The position numbers were made by a program, and so were the translations under genes. A stretch of DNA of 64,000 nucleotides from Heteronotia binoei (taxonomy: Eukaryota). Position 1 is the first letter of the stretch, and each line of letters opens with the position of its first letter. Below, piece after piece: positions 1 through 24,949 of this stretch. A model generated the notes under the pieces. That model worked only from the letters and a program-made list of their open reading frames with translations. It made no database searches and was not told where the DNA came from. Location of the stretch: assembly GCF_032191835.1 (NCBI RefSeq), contig NC_083234.1, positions 51,212,001-51,276,000 of the forward strand, read 5' to 3'.

Positions 1-2434
1 CCAAATGAGACAGGCACTGCCAAACTTCAGATTTCTGGCACTTTACTACCTTAGCATTAGCCTGCCAATTTAACCAAAGTTGAGGATGTGGCTTCACACT
101 GTACAACTATAGTTCTTTCCTGCCTTTTACATTGCCAGTGAGAGGGGAAAAGGAAAGGAGAAGGAGGAAAGCTGCAAATAGGGAGATTTGTTTTCTAATT
201 TTTAACAAAGGGGATAAGAAAAAGAGATCTTTGGTAGGCTAGAATAAATTTAAAGAGGAGCTGTAAAAATAAAAAGCATACCAGCAGAGTGCAAACCACA
301 AAAAAGAGCAAGAACAGGAACACTAGCTTGTTCTTGCTGTACTAGAACAGGCAGGTCATGAATGGGAAGAAGCCTCTTCCCAGAGCAAAATATATTTGTA
401 TTCACAGTCCATAATTTTTGCTAAGACTCAAAGTGAATATCCTACAAGGTAGTTTGATTGTATGTACCTGGTTGGATTATCTCAATCCTGATGAAGAACA
501 CAGTGTTCTCAGAGACTCTTGCTTACTTTGCAAAGTCCATATTCCCCTGGACACATACAGCACCCTGTGTCTTGTTACCATAGGAGGTACATAAGGCTAG
601 TTTTCCTGTAAGTTTTGTCTTTCCAAAAAGCTCATAATTAGATCTCTAAGCTGGTGAAATAAATACACAAACATCCAAAACATTTGAAAAAACAACTTAC
701 CAAGGAAATTTAACCTACCTTCTTCAAAATATCTGAAGCCAATCACCCTGAAGAAACAAGGTGTTTGCAAATAGACTAGACTGTGCAGCAAGTTGCACAG
801 CTCTGCAGCACAGGGCTTCCTTTCACAAGGAAAATACTTGTTCACAATTTATCCCCTGGCCTACCTCTCCTTTCTCTTCAATCCTCTTCATCACTTCTGG
901 GACAGGTACATCAATATAAATGACCAGATGAGGAGGCAAGACCTCACAAATGCTCAGGTGTTTGATCTTTTCGTAGTGCTCCACACCTGTAATGAAAAAC
1001 CAGACACATACAAATGAATGTTTTTGTCAGCATAAGAGAGAGTTATAGTGCCACATACCAGGCAGAACCAACAATAAGTAGCAACTGGAAGTAGGCATTC
1101 TTGTGCCAGCACAGGAAGCTGGGTGACAAATAAGGATTGCCAACAGATTATGAAGTGAGTATCCTCCCCACTGCAGAACTTGCTGTCTTTGTGAAAACAC
1201 TGGTAGGTTTCAGGTACAACAAAAGACTGCAAGACAGAGACCTTGGGTGTAATCACACAAAAGATTTGGCCCAACCTAGTCACACCTCCCATCTGGATTT
1301 AATGTGCAGAAACACAAACACACACATCTGCCTCCTGAGTCCCATCCATCCTTACCTCATCTTAGGACAGGCTGGGACTGGATTAAATAGCTACCAGGTA
1401 CAACCTGGTAGCAGATCTCTAAAGCATATGTAAGGCACCTTTCCCGGCTGTCTGAATAACTGGAGCATGCATTGCAGGTACCTCACATACACACAGGCAG
1501 TTTGAATGCTCCTATTGTGTGTGTTCCTCTCCTGGCAGCAAGGCAGTGGCTGTGTGAATGCCCCATTTTCTTCTGCTTGAGTTCCACTGCTTGCAGTAAC
1601 ATAGTCTAGAAACTATTTGCAAAATTCTAGTGTCAGATATCACATGAAATGGGGGAAAAAAACATTAAATGATGCCTCTAGCTCACACTGCAAAAGAAAA
1701 AAAAAAGTAATCAGGTGGGCTAGGTCTGGACACTGGCACAGAGAAACAGCAAATACATCAATTGAATAACTATATACTGATATAAGAGACATGAAAATAA
1801 TGTACATGGGTGGGCACATGGGTATACACATAAACAGATTACTGCCATTCCTACTTTCCTATACTTCACATACATATTTCCTATCCTTCCTCCAGTGAGC
1901 TCAGAGATGTGTCCATAAACATAAGAATCCCATCTTCTACCTTTTTACAACTTGTGAGATGGACCAATCACTTACTCTCTACCTAGCGTAACATCACACA
2001 ACATGTTTCATTATCTGAGCATAGGTTCAAACCCAAGCCTACGTTCAAGACTAACCACTGCCATCACACTAACTCAATGAATTCTTCAGCTTTTAGTTTA
2101 CTGGATCATCATATTCTCATGAGCAGCTACTTTTCTTGTAAAATGAAATTACTTACACCTTTTGAGAATGTAGCCTTGCTTAAATATAGCATCCAAGAAT
2201 ACAAAGTCACTGTATGGGGAACGTTCCAGCACTACTCCTTGCCCTAGAATTAAATACAAAGCCTCACATGAAAATACCTGCACATCTTATATAAAGATTA
2301 CAATGAAGTTGTTTAATGTATATTAGTCATTTAATGTATACTGTATGTAGTACAATCTTGTGCAAAATTACTCTATGCCAAATAAATACTCTGCATGCAA
2401 AAAACATTTTAAACAGTATATCCTAAAAACTAAA

Positions 2435-2975
2435 CTGCGCGAGCTGCACTGGCTGCCAGTTACATACCGGGTTCGTTACAAAGTGCTGGTCATTACCTTT
2501 AAAGCCCTATATGGTCGAGGACCTGTCTACCTTAGGGACCGTCTCTCCCCATATGAACCCCAGAGAGCACTGAGGTCAGCCGGAAAAAAACTTGTTGACT
2601 ACTCCCGGACCGAGAGAGGTGAAGCTGCAATGTACCCGTAACCGGGCCTTCTCCTCTGTAGCCCCGAGCCTATGGAACCAACTTCCAGAGGAAATGCGGG
2701 CCCTGCGGGACCTTGAACAATTCCGCAGGGCCTGCAAGACCTTCCTCTTCCGACTAGCTTTCGCTGACAAAGGAAGAAATTGTTAATGATAACCGCCATC
2801 CTAAAGAACAGTATTAGCACTTTTATTAACTTAATTAACTAATTTTAAACCTAATCAGAATTTTAATGCTTAAATGTAATTTTGTGTTTTTTGCTTTTTG
2901 TATAATTGAAATTTGTATGATGTTGTTAGCCGCCCTGAGCCTGCCTCGGCGGGGAGGGCGGGATACAAATAAAAT
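2435..2975 (+). mobile_element. L2-clade LINE 3' fragment
   Basis: Encodes ELHWLPVTYRVRYKVLVITFKALYGRGPVYLRDRLSPYEPQRALRS (L2 ORF2 C-terminus), then a 3' UTR ending gttagccgccctgagcc...gggatacaaataaaa and a (TATC)n tail. Confidence 0.85.
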
Positions 2976-3711
2976 TATCTATCTATCTATCTATCTATCT
3001 AAACTTACAAATATACATATATTTGAGAACTGCTCCTGGAAGCCTGTTGAGTAGTTACCGTAAGTTCTTCAGTTATTGTTTTATTTTTGCTATATTTGTT
3101 CCCTAAATAGAACTCCAGCTTCTATTAACAGGATTTGTTCAAAAACAAGAACTCAGAGTCAAATACCTGTAGCCAGAAGATGTTCCAGAGCATCACCATA
3201 CTGCAAAAGGCGGTTACTGTACAACCAGGATTGAAGGCGGTATGAATTTCCATTTGGATGTTTAGGATCATTGTAAAACGTCTCCAGGCTACAATTGCCA
3301 CTGAATTTTGAATCCAGAATTGATCCATCTCCTGTGGTTTTGTCTAAATAATGAACATCTGCTTCTGGGAAGTATCGCATATCTGAAAAGAGCAATCAAA
3401 GGGTTTAGATAACTGGGGAAGAAACAGAGACTGTCTCATCTATTTAAGACTATGGATGCAATGGTTAGTTGAACAATTAGACTGGTTAAAATAGTTTGAT
3501 TAATTAAATAAGAGCACTATGATTTATTAAGTATCAGGTTGTTTTAAAACACTAATTATTTTAATAGAACTGCTTACAAACCGTCTGTTGGCAAGTGCAT
3601 TCTTAGAAGAAGCATTCTTATTCTTACACACAGGAAGCAATGCTTCTTCCAAGATAATGCCCACTCTAAGCTGTATGCTTCTTCCAAAAAAGGAAGTATT
3701 TTGTCTTCAGT

Positions 3712-3888
3712 NNNNNNNNNNNNNNNNNNNNNNNNNNNNNNNNNNNNNNNNNNNNNNNNNNNNNNNNNNNNNNNNNNNNNNNNNNNNNNNNNNNNNNNNN
3801 NNNNNNNNNNNNNNNNNNNNNNNNNNNNNNNNNNNNNNNNNNNNNNNNNNNNNNNNNNNNNNNNNNNNNNNNNNNNNNNNNNNNNNNN
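3712..3888. other. Assembly gap (177 N) in NDUFA10 intron 2
   Basis: Run of N in the sequence; the right edge abuts a retroelement 3' tail. Confidence 1.
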
Positions 3889-3953
3889 AGAGTGTTGGAC
3901 TGGATGGGCCATTGGCCTGATCCAACATGGCTTCTCTTATATTCTTATGTTCT
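3889..3953 (+). mobile_element. SINE/LINE 3' tail fragment next to the gap
   Basis: ggactggatgggccattggcctgatccaacatggcttctcttatattcttatg resembles the Squam2/CR1-type 3' tail. Confidence 0.6.
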
Positions 3954-5258
3954 AACTTTTACATTCCTATTAAAGTTTATGCAGATTCAAATTGTTAATC
4001 GGCATAAACACATATGGTTTATTAACTAACATTTGCACTGGTCACCAAAATCCAGCCTGAATCAAAAGTTGTTCAACAAACATTTTGCATTTTTAACTAA
4101 GGACCAACAACAGCTGTGTACCTAAGAAATACCAAAAGAATACCAGCACATAGAAAATGCAATTTTTACTCTATTTCATGGCCTCAGGAAATCATGGGAT
4201 CTTAGATATTTAAACCTTGCCCCAAATATCTAACACTCAATTATTACTACTCAGAGATTATGAACATTACAGCAATACTCAAAATTACATAAAGATACGT
4301 GCTTAGCTTTTCTGCTATCTGCTGTGCCAGTTTGCCCTTGCCACTGCGCAAGTTGCCATCCACTGTGAAAACTTTGCTGAATTCATTGAACTTCTTAGTC
4401 GTTCTCTCTCCCAATATATAGGCCAACCAGCCATACTCCAGGTTCCAACTAGAAGTAACGTGAAGCTTTGCCTAGGGGGTGGAAAAACAGACCAATTCAA
4501 TATAAGTTTACTGCCACTTCAGCACTCTACCACACCAACATAAAGTGCCAAGCAGCCATACAGCAAACAATTACCAAGGTTTGGAGAACCACCTCTACAG
4601 ATGCTAAAGAAACTGGCAAGAAGAACTGATCCAGAATGGACAAATTGCCATTTATAAGTTAGGATTCCACAACAACAACCAAAAGGGTAAGCAGGAAAAA
4701 TGGGGGGAGGCAATAAAATTCAGCTCCAAAAAAATAGATGCATAAGACATCTTTGTTAAAACCAACCCAAATGATACAGAACAGTATGCAATCTTTTTAG
4801 TCTTTCAAAGCTCTTGATCAGGCTGAATGCTAAAGTCAAAAGGACAAAGGGAATTAAAATGCCTGGAAAGGGGGAAAGATCCCTTCATTTGCAACCCACA
4901 GAATATATGAAGTATATGTAACTTATTAGACAGCTGCACCCTGTGCCCAAAGTCAGCTAAGCATCTTATAGGATGCAAATGATAGGATCGCTCACCCACT
5001 TTGTTTTTTTAACATTTATGGATTTTAATTTGCACCATTGCAGCTACCAGCAATCACATTAGATTCTGAGGCATTTCCATCTTCCACAGAACAGCTTCAT
5101 TCTCTGGACTACAACTCTGAGAACTCTTCATGGCTGCACAGGCCCTTCCCTGCCTACAATTACGAACTTCATCTCAGGAAGTTCTTGGAGATCTGAAGAC
5201 AGTGCCCGAGAGAAATGAAGTTTGGAGAGGGAAAAGTTGCCATTTCCTCCAGGGCAAA

Positions 5259-5533
5259 TGATGATATTGGATTTATATCCCACCCCCACTCCGAATTTCA
5301 GAGTCTTAGAGTGTCGAACAATCTCCTATATCTTCTCCCCTCACAACAGACACTCTGTGAGGTGGGGGGGCTGAGAAGGCTCTCACAGCAGCTGCCCTTT
5401 CAAGGACAACTACTGTAAAAGCTATGGCTGACCCAAGGCCATTCCAGCAGGTGCAAGTGGAGGAGTGGGGAATCAAACCCGGTTCTCCCAGATAAGAGTC
5501 CGCACACTTAAACACTACACCAAACGGGCTCTC
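5259..5533 (-). mobile_element. Squam3-type tRNA-derived SINE
   Basis: On -: ggtgtagtg-ttaagtgtgcggactcttatctgggagaaccgggtttgattcccc head, cctcacagagtgtctgttgtg core, ataaatccaatatc tail. Near-identical copies occur elsewhere in the window. Confidence 0.85.
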
Positions 5534-5599
5534 CTGTACCAAACAGGATCTCTGTCGTCTGGGTACAGTAAAATCCGGAGAAAATCCAGGCCCCAACCT

Positions 5600-18712
<13,113 letters not shown>

Positions 18713-19606
18713 TGTATGCAAACACCCATGCTAGGAGACAGGTGCAGCTTCAAGCCACAGCCTGGAAGGGCAAAGTAGCCCTGCCTGCTACAGCCCACCA
18801 CCTTCCTTGTACTCCAGGCCCCTCAAGGGCTTTCTGCTTCCAGCCAGGAGCTGGCTGAGGTGTTTGTGGCAGCTACAGGCTCTGTGAATTTGGGAGCATA
18901 GCAGTCACTTGCAGAGCTGCAACCAGCAGTGGCAGTTAACTTCCCCAGGGAAGAGCAGAAACTGATATCCTGCAGAACCCTGTCGTTGGAGACAAGGGCT
19001 GCCTCAGGATCAAAAGGACACAAAGGGGCAAGAGCTGGCACTGACATCAAACCAAACTACTTGATTAAAAGGCCTCAAGCTCTGCCCCTGCCTCTTTCTG
19101 GTATTGAGCATTACATGCCGCCCTCTCTGCAATCAAGTTCTCCACCTCTCCCACAGCAAGAGTGGCCCCAACTATTCGTTGGTCCCAAGAGTGGCGTTCA
19201 AACAGGATGCAACTACCTCTTCTCCCTCCCAGCATAGCTTGTCCTGCCTTAGCTGGGACATTAATGACTCCTGCCCTAGAGGACATTAATGACTCCTGCC
19301 CTGTTTTTGCATTTTACTTCTTTCTGTTGATGGTACAGATTACTGAGGTGCTGCTTTTGGGATCTGTCTTGTTTTTTTTAATGGCCTTTGCCACTAGCTG
19401 ATAATCTGCTCTTTCTTGCCACCCTTTCTAGTCCTGCCTCCATAGGAAGAACGTCTCCATTTTTTGTATCTTGTGTTCTGTTACAAAGCATGCAAACATG
19501 AGCACTAAACTTTCTGAACTGAGTGGAGTGGACAGAAACTGGAGGCGGAGAAATCACAGCAGACTATCAATAGGACTTCTACGCTGACAAAATGTTCTCA
19601 AAGTGC

Positions 19607-19638
19607 AATAAATGATTGTTATCAGTGCCTCAAATAAA
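19607..19638 (+). terminator. FHIP2B polyadenylation signals
   Basis: AATAAA at 19607-19612 and 19633-19638, about 0.9 kb after the stop codon. Confidence 0.55.
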
Positions 19639-19753
19639 CAGCAAGCTGTGGGGGGGGGGGGGGATCCTGCAGAAGCTGAGTTCTTAGGTCATTTGCAGTG
19701 GTAAGTCTAATATATACCAAACTTGTCAGATAATTGGTGCATAACCTGCCTTT

Positions 19754-19855
19754 TTTATTATGAAACACAATGTGAGTCCTAAATTATGTACCTTCAACCC
19801 TACCCCCTACATTAATCAAACATGGCATCCAGATAGAGGAGACTGGGCTTTTATT
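19754..19855 (-). terminator. NUDT18 candidate polyadenylation signals
   Basis: TTTATT (AATAAA on -) at 19754-19759 and 19850-19855. Confidence 0.45.
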
Positions 19856-20492
19856 TGTTTTGCACAAAGCCATAATAAGCATTGCCATGTTGAATTTTGC
19901 CAGGAGAAACCAGGCTAAGAGGCCCCAGCAAAATGACAGCACTGCTCTGAGCCTCAAGCTGAGCCACACTTCTGCCAACAGTGCCAAGGATGCAGAAGTA
20001 ACTTTAATATTGCATAAGCCTTGCTGTGGACCTCTTAGAAAAAGGATGTGTTCCTCAGATGTTGGAAACTGGCAGATTTTAGCTTCCATTGCAGAGGGGG
20101 AGCAGGCAGGGATTCAGCTGTGCCTACAGCCCAGTATTCCTCAAGGGATAAAATTAATATTGGTGAATTTCCTATATTTAGGCATACATTATGCAAGTTT
20201 ATGTAAATGCAGAAATGCTTAGTTACCCTCAGTGGTACTTTATGCTTGTCTCCTGTTTCCATTCTAGATCTCTCCAAAGCACTTGTCCCAATAGCAAGGT
20301 GCATGTGTTGGCATAAACAAGGGCTTTCCTGGCTGGACAACTAGTTCTGCCAAGACAGACCCAACATGCGAGGCCCATCATGCGAGGGATTTTAAAGGAC
20401 CTAACAGTCTGGCTGTAATGGGCATGCTTCTTCCCAAGCCCCAGTTAGCCAAACACCGTCATATTTCAAGCCGTTGCATCCTGGGGACCTAG

Positions 20493-22142
20493 CTAATGAA
20501 CTGGGATGAAGGATGACGTGCTGAGTCTCTGAAGGACTCTGCTCTTTAGGTCCTCATCCTCAACCTTCCACCAATGGAAGGCCTTGCTCTGCAACTCTGG
20601 CGGTTTCTCCTTTGAGCACTGGCCAAAGTCCCCAATTGTCACTACTGTGTTGAAGCAGATGCCATCGCTTTGGCCTGGCTCCTTGCCGAGATGCTGTAGC
20701 CCAAGCAAGCCACGGACCTGTACCACCATGTGAGGGGGTGGCAGGCACTCCTGGAGCAGCTGATGAATGGCCACCAGAAGTCTACTGCCCCGTGCTGACG
20801 AAGACACACCACTCACAACCACAGGCAAGTGCAGAGACCTTGCTGTGCCCAGGAGCACCCATGGAGCACCACCACTGTCAGTAAACACAGCCAGAAGCCT
20901 CTGGCAGATCACAGCACAAGGCAGTTCCACAGGCAGCAAAAGTGGATGGCAAGGGTTGGCTTGATACTGCAGAGCAAGATCCATAAAGGGCACAATATCC
21001 CTGGCTCGTAGTGGTAGAGAAGGAGACTTCCGGTCCCACCACCGGGCCTGCAGCGATTCTTCATCTGCATCCTGCAGACTTTTCAGGGTGCCACCTACAG
21101 AAATAACGTGGTGTCAGGGCAGCTGCAGCAAAGGCATCTGTACCTCCTGCTGCTGCTTAACTTATTTTGCAACTATTACATAGAGAAGTAGAGGTAGAAC
21201 AAAGGTACTTTTGGAGTCTGATGACTGCTGTACAGCAGTAGGGGATATTAAGCAATAAGTGGGATCTCACTCCAGTGAGCAAAAATGAAGGAAACATTAA
21301 GAAGCAGCTGAGAAAAACATTCCAAATTAGCAAAGGTGACCTTTAACCCTAGGGTTCCCCTTCTGGATAGAGAAATTCAGTTTTCTCCAAAAGTAGAATA
21401 AAAATTAGATGTAGACTGCGATGAGGATAGCTGATCCACCTAAAGTGTTCTTCCCACAGCACAGGCACCCTTAACCTCCACAAGCTGTGCCTAGAAAGCC
21501 TTCTGGAGAAACAAGGTCAAGGAGAGAAACAAGCCTGTATTCTACTGGCTGCTCAGCCTGGCCTTTCCTTCCCCTCGAGGAGGGGCGTCCAGCGAGGTTG
21601 CTCTCCAACCCGCCCCTACTTCCCCACCAGGCCCCCAAGTACGCACCAGTCGGTCTAGCCAGGAAGATGAACCGCAGCCAGGAGGGGCCCCGGTCCTCGA
21701 CCGCCAGCAGGGTGAGCGGCTGACAGTCCAAGCCCGCCTCCTCCTTCACCTCCCGCTGCATGGCTTCCACAATGGTCTCTCCGGGCTCCATCCGCCCTGC
21801 AGGCAGGTACCACGTCCCGTGGCACTCCAGCTTCGCCTCCTGCATCATCAGCACTTCGTTCTGCGGGAGAAACGGCAGTCATGCTCGGGTTCAGGGCAAG
21901 GCCGTGGAGGGGAGAGGAGGAGGGAAGACAGCCGTCCAGCCCGCCAGATGAGAGCTTAAAAAGGCCCGCCCCGACGCGCCCTCCCGGCTGACCTTCTCGT
22001 TCAGCAGCACGGCCATCACGACGTAGCAGGTGTTTCTCCGCAGACGGACGGGCTGCAGAGGCGGCGGGGGCCCGGCATCGTACTCCTCCGGGACAGGCCA
22101 GCCCTTACCGCTCAGCAGCAAGTCCAGCTCCTCTTCGGCCAT
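20493..22142 (-). CDS. NUDT18: Nudix hydrolase 18 (8-oxo-dGDP phosphatase, MTH3), 321 aa
   Basis: Exons 21993-22142, 21647-21860, 20493-21094 (966 nt, in frame). Intact Nudix box [22 protein letters not shown]; N-terminal [18 protein letters not shown]; [13 protein letters not shown]. Confidence 0.96.
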
Positions 22143-22450
22143 ATCTACGATGCTCTCTGCACATGCTCAGGAGCGCCGTCGCCTTCTGCAGCAAAACACA
22201 GCGCAGAGGCGAGCCCCCCTCCCGGTTTCCGCAACGGAAAAGGGGCGGGGCTAAGGCGCGAGAGGGGGAGGAGCCTCGGCGGCGATGACGTTCGCGGAAG
22301 TGGAATGACTCCGCCGTCGCCTCCGGAGCGGGGGAGTCGGGGGCCCTAGAAGTGGTAGGGGTGGCTTTTGACTCCATGCCTGGCGCTCTAGAGAGGCTGA
22401 GGAAGAAGCAGCGGATGGCCGGGTCTCCCTGGGACTTCCATGTCCAAAGG
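21600..22450. promoter_or_regulatory. CpG island / NUDT18 promoter
   Basis: CpG-rich, covers exons 1-2 and upstream DNA. GC box GGGGCGGGG near 22242-22250, CRE-like TGACGT near 22286, ETS CGGAAG near 22294. Confidence 0.7.
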
Positions 22451-24943
22451 CAGTATTGTTTATTTAGAGATAATACTAATAGCATATGATGATGCCCTGT
22501 AGGGACATGTTCCAGGCTGCTTATGAATTAAAAATATAAGAGAACCAGTATAGTTCTGCATTTCCATTGAAAGTTTTCTTTCCAGCTCCTGGAAGGGTGG
22601 GGAGGGGATATTGGTGGAGCTGGTCTCGCGGGGCTCTCCTACTGTTTAGGAGTCGCTTCCCATCCAGCAGTTCTTGTGACAGCGTCGGGGGAGGTTTTTT
22701 GTGTGTGGCATAACCGATAGTCCTGTCAAAGATCTGTTCATCTTCTGGCTTAGGTAAGTGAACTGAGATAATTATGGCTAGATTCCATTCAGCTCACTGG
22801 TTTACAAAACAACATGTATGAGTACCAGCAGCAGAAGCCTCACTTAAATTCCAGCCAACCTCAACTTAACCGCCTGCACGGAGGTGACAAAGAAAAATAC
22901 TGGCATACAGAGCGTTTTCACATGGTTAGGCCCCTTTTATAGGAGTTGAGAGCAGATGCTAACCACAATCAACAGGCTAAGCAGTGTTTGGGTCACTTTA
23001 AATGCCACTTCTAATTCACTTTAAGGTATCCACTAGACTGAAGTTCCCCCTTGTCCTGCTATTAATGGGAGCTTTTCAGCTTGGGCATCCAGTATGACAT
23101 GGACAAGATCCCTGAGGTGATGAGGTGCACTTTGAACATTGCTCTTCCTGTTCAAATCTGCCACAAGATGCCCAAGAAGTGCTTCTTTTTGAAGCATTAA
23201 ATGAATCCTAAATCTTTGCAAGAGCACTCTGAAAGAAATCCTCACTTAGCTCCCCTGCTTGTTTAGTCAAGATGCCCAACTGGTAGGCTACTACTAAGGA
23301 GTCTTTAGAACACTGACAGATTTTTTCAGTATGGCTTTGGAATGTAAAATACTTGTGTTATCCTCCTAGATAATCTGGACCAGGACACAGACCAGGGGCA
23401 TGGTCCGGGTGCTCTTAGTACCTACGACAGTCCTGTTCTGAATTACAATCCTAGGAGTAGGATGAACCTAGACACTACTGTTCTAGGTATAATTCATGAT
23501 GTTGCAGGACTGCTGCTGGGTGCTGGTGTGACAGGGAGTAATAGTTGATGCAAGTTTTATGTTTGTTTATATGCCACAGCCCCTTTTAAGACTGAATCAT
23601 GCGGCATTCTGAGAAAGGAGATGGCAGTTAGCAGACTTCAGTACCAAAGTGATTTTGGTTCTGAAAGAGTTTTAGTTTGTGATTTGGGCCCCACAACCAG
23701 CCAGAGGCCAAACCGCATTGTTTCCCCCAGTAGAAGAAAGGAAACAGGTAACATAACTGATCCAGGAGATTAGCATGATTGGAATGAAGTCACACTCCTA
23801 GGGGAAGTTCACAGGTTGAACGTGCTTATGGAGCCAAACATTGTTCTAATATGTTCAGGACTACATTTAAGCAGTTGCCTTTAAAAGAAAAGTTCTGACA
23901 AAAGTTCCACATGCCCTATTGACTCCTGCTTGGGTGCTGGGATTTGCTAGTTTTGGTTTTAACTGAAAATGTTTTTAACTATTATTGGAAGCCACCTTGA
24001 ACCATGAAGAAAGGCAGGACATTTTAATAAACAAATAAAACACTGTGGAAAGTGTTTAGACATGGCAGCTTGGTTGGTATTATGCTGGCTGAGGTGGGAG
24101 GTTGACTTATGGAGTTAGCATCAGCAAGACACACTAGTTTGAGGGAGGGAGTCAAGCTTAGTCCCAGCATTTGCTGTTCACTATTGAGGTACTGAGCAAA
24201 AGCACTACCATCCCACACTCACTGCTCAGTTAAAGAAGAATGAAGAGAGGAAGACAGACTCCTCCACTGACATGATCTACCATCAGCTCTAGGAGAAAAG
24301 GAAAGCCTGCACGCCAGCTGGGGGAACAATGTGGTTTGGCCTCTGGCTTGGCTGTGGGGCCCAATCTGTATGTCCACTTAAGGACTGTGCTTGCCTGAAA
24401 GGAGCTAATGAAAATGAAGCCACTGACTGAACTGCATTTGCCTCTGCAAGAAATGCCTTGTTATGCATGACGCTGATCCTAATCCAAATAGGAAACTGAG
24501 CTATGACTGGCTAGCAGTACAGATCCTTTTTGCAGCTGTTCTTCCAACACGGACATATACTGAGCCTCTCCCACTCACCACACGCGCACACACAAGCTCA
24601 CTAGCACAGGAAGTGGAGAGTGGTTTGGTTTGAGGGTTGGAAAGCACTGGAGCACCAGCTCACATTCATGCACATGAGCCAGCAATGCAAGCACAAGTTA
24701 CAAACAGTCAGGTAGGAAGAAGACCAGCAAGTTCTCTGCCTGACCAGTTTCATCAGTGCTGTCTCTTCCAATTAGCTTTAAGGTCGATCTGTGGGCTGGA
24801 ATGCAGAAGGGAAGGGAGAACTTGCTCGTTTCCCCCCTCCTTTTTTTTTCTTACACAGTTTCTCTTTAACCAGCCTCAATATCTATCTCACACAACCTCT
24901 GAAACAAACAGAATGAAATCTAGCTTAGATTTAAGAACACATG

Positions 24944-24949
24944 TTTAAT
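24944..24949 (-). terminator. REEP4 candidate polyadenylation signal
   Basis: TTTAAT (ATTAAA on -) after a 3' UTR of about 750 nt with a T-rich end on the - strand. Confidence 0.45.

Noticed and set aside
3607-3652. 11-bp inverted repeat (gaagaagcatt/aatgcttcttc) next to the gap
   Set aside because: Short, intronic, with a third partial copy nearby; no microRNA-like stem length.
22484-22580. C/D snoRNA suggested by ATGATGA
   Set aside because: No D box (CTGA) at a suitable distance and no terminal stem.
23033-23245. Possible HR remnant on -
   Set aside because: The translation does not resemble any HR segment I recall; kept only as part of the + strand lncRNA hypothesis.
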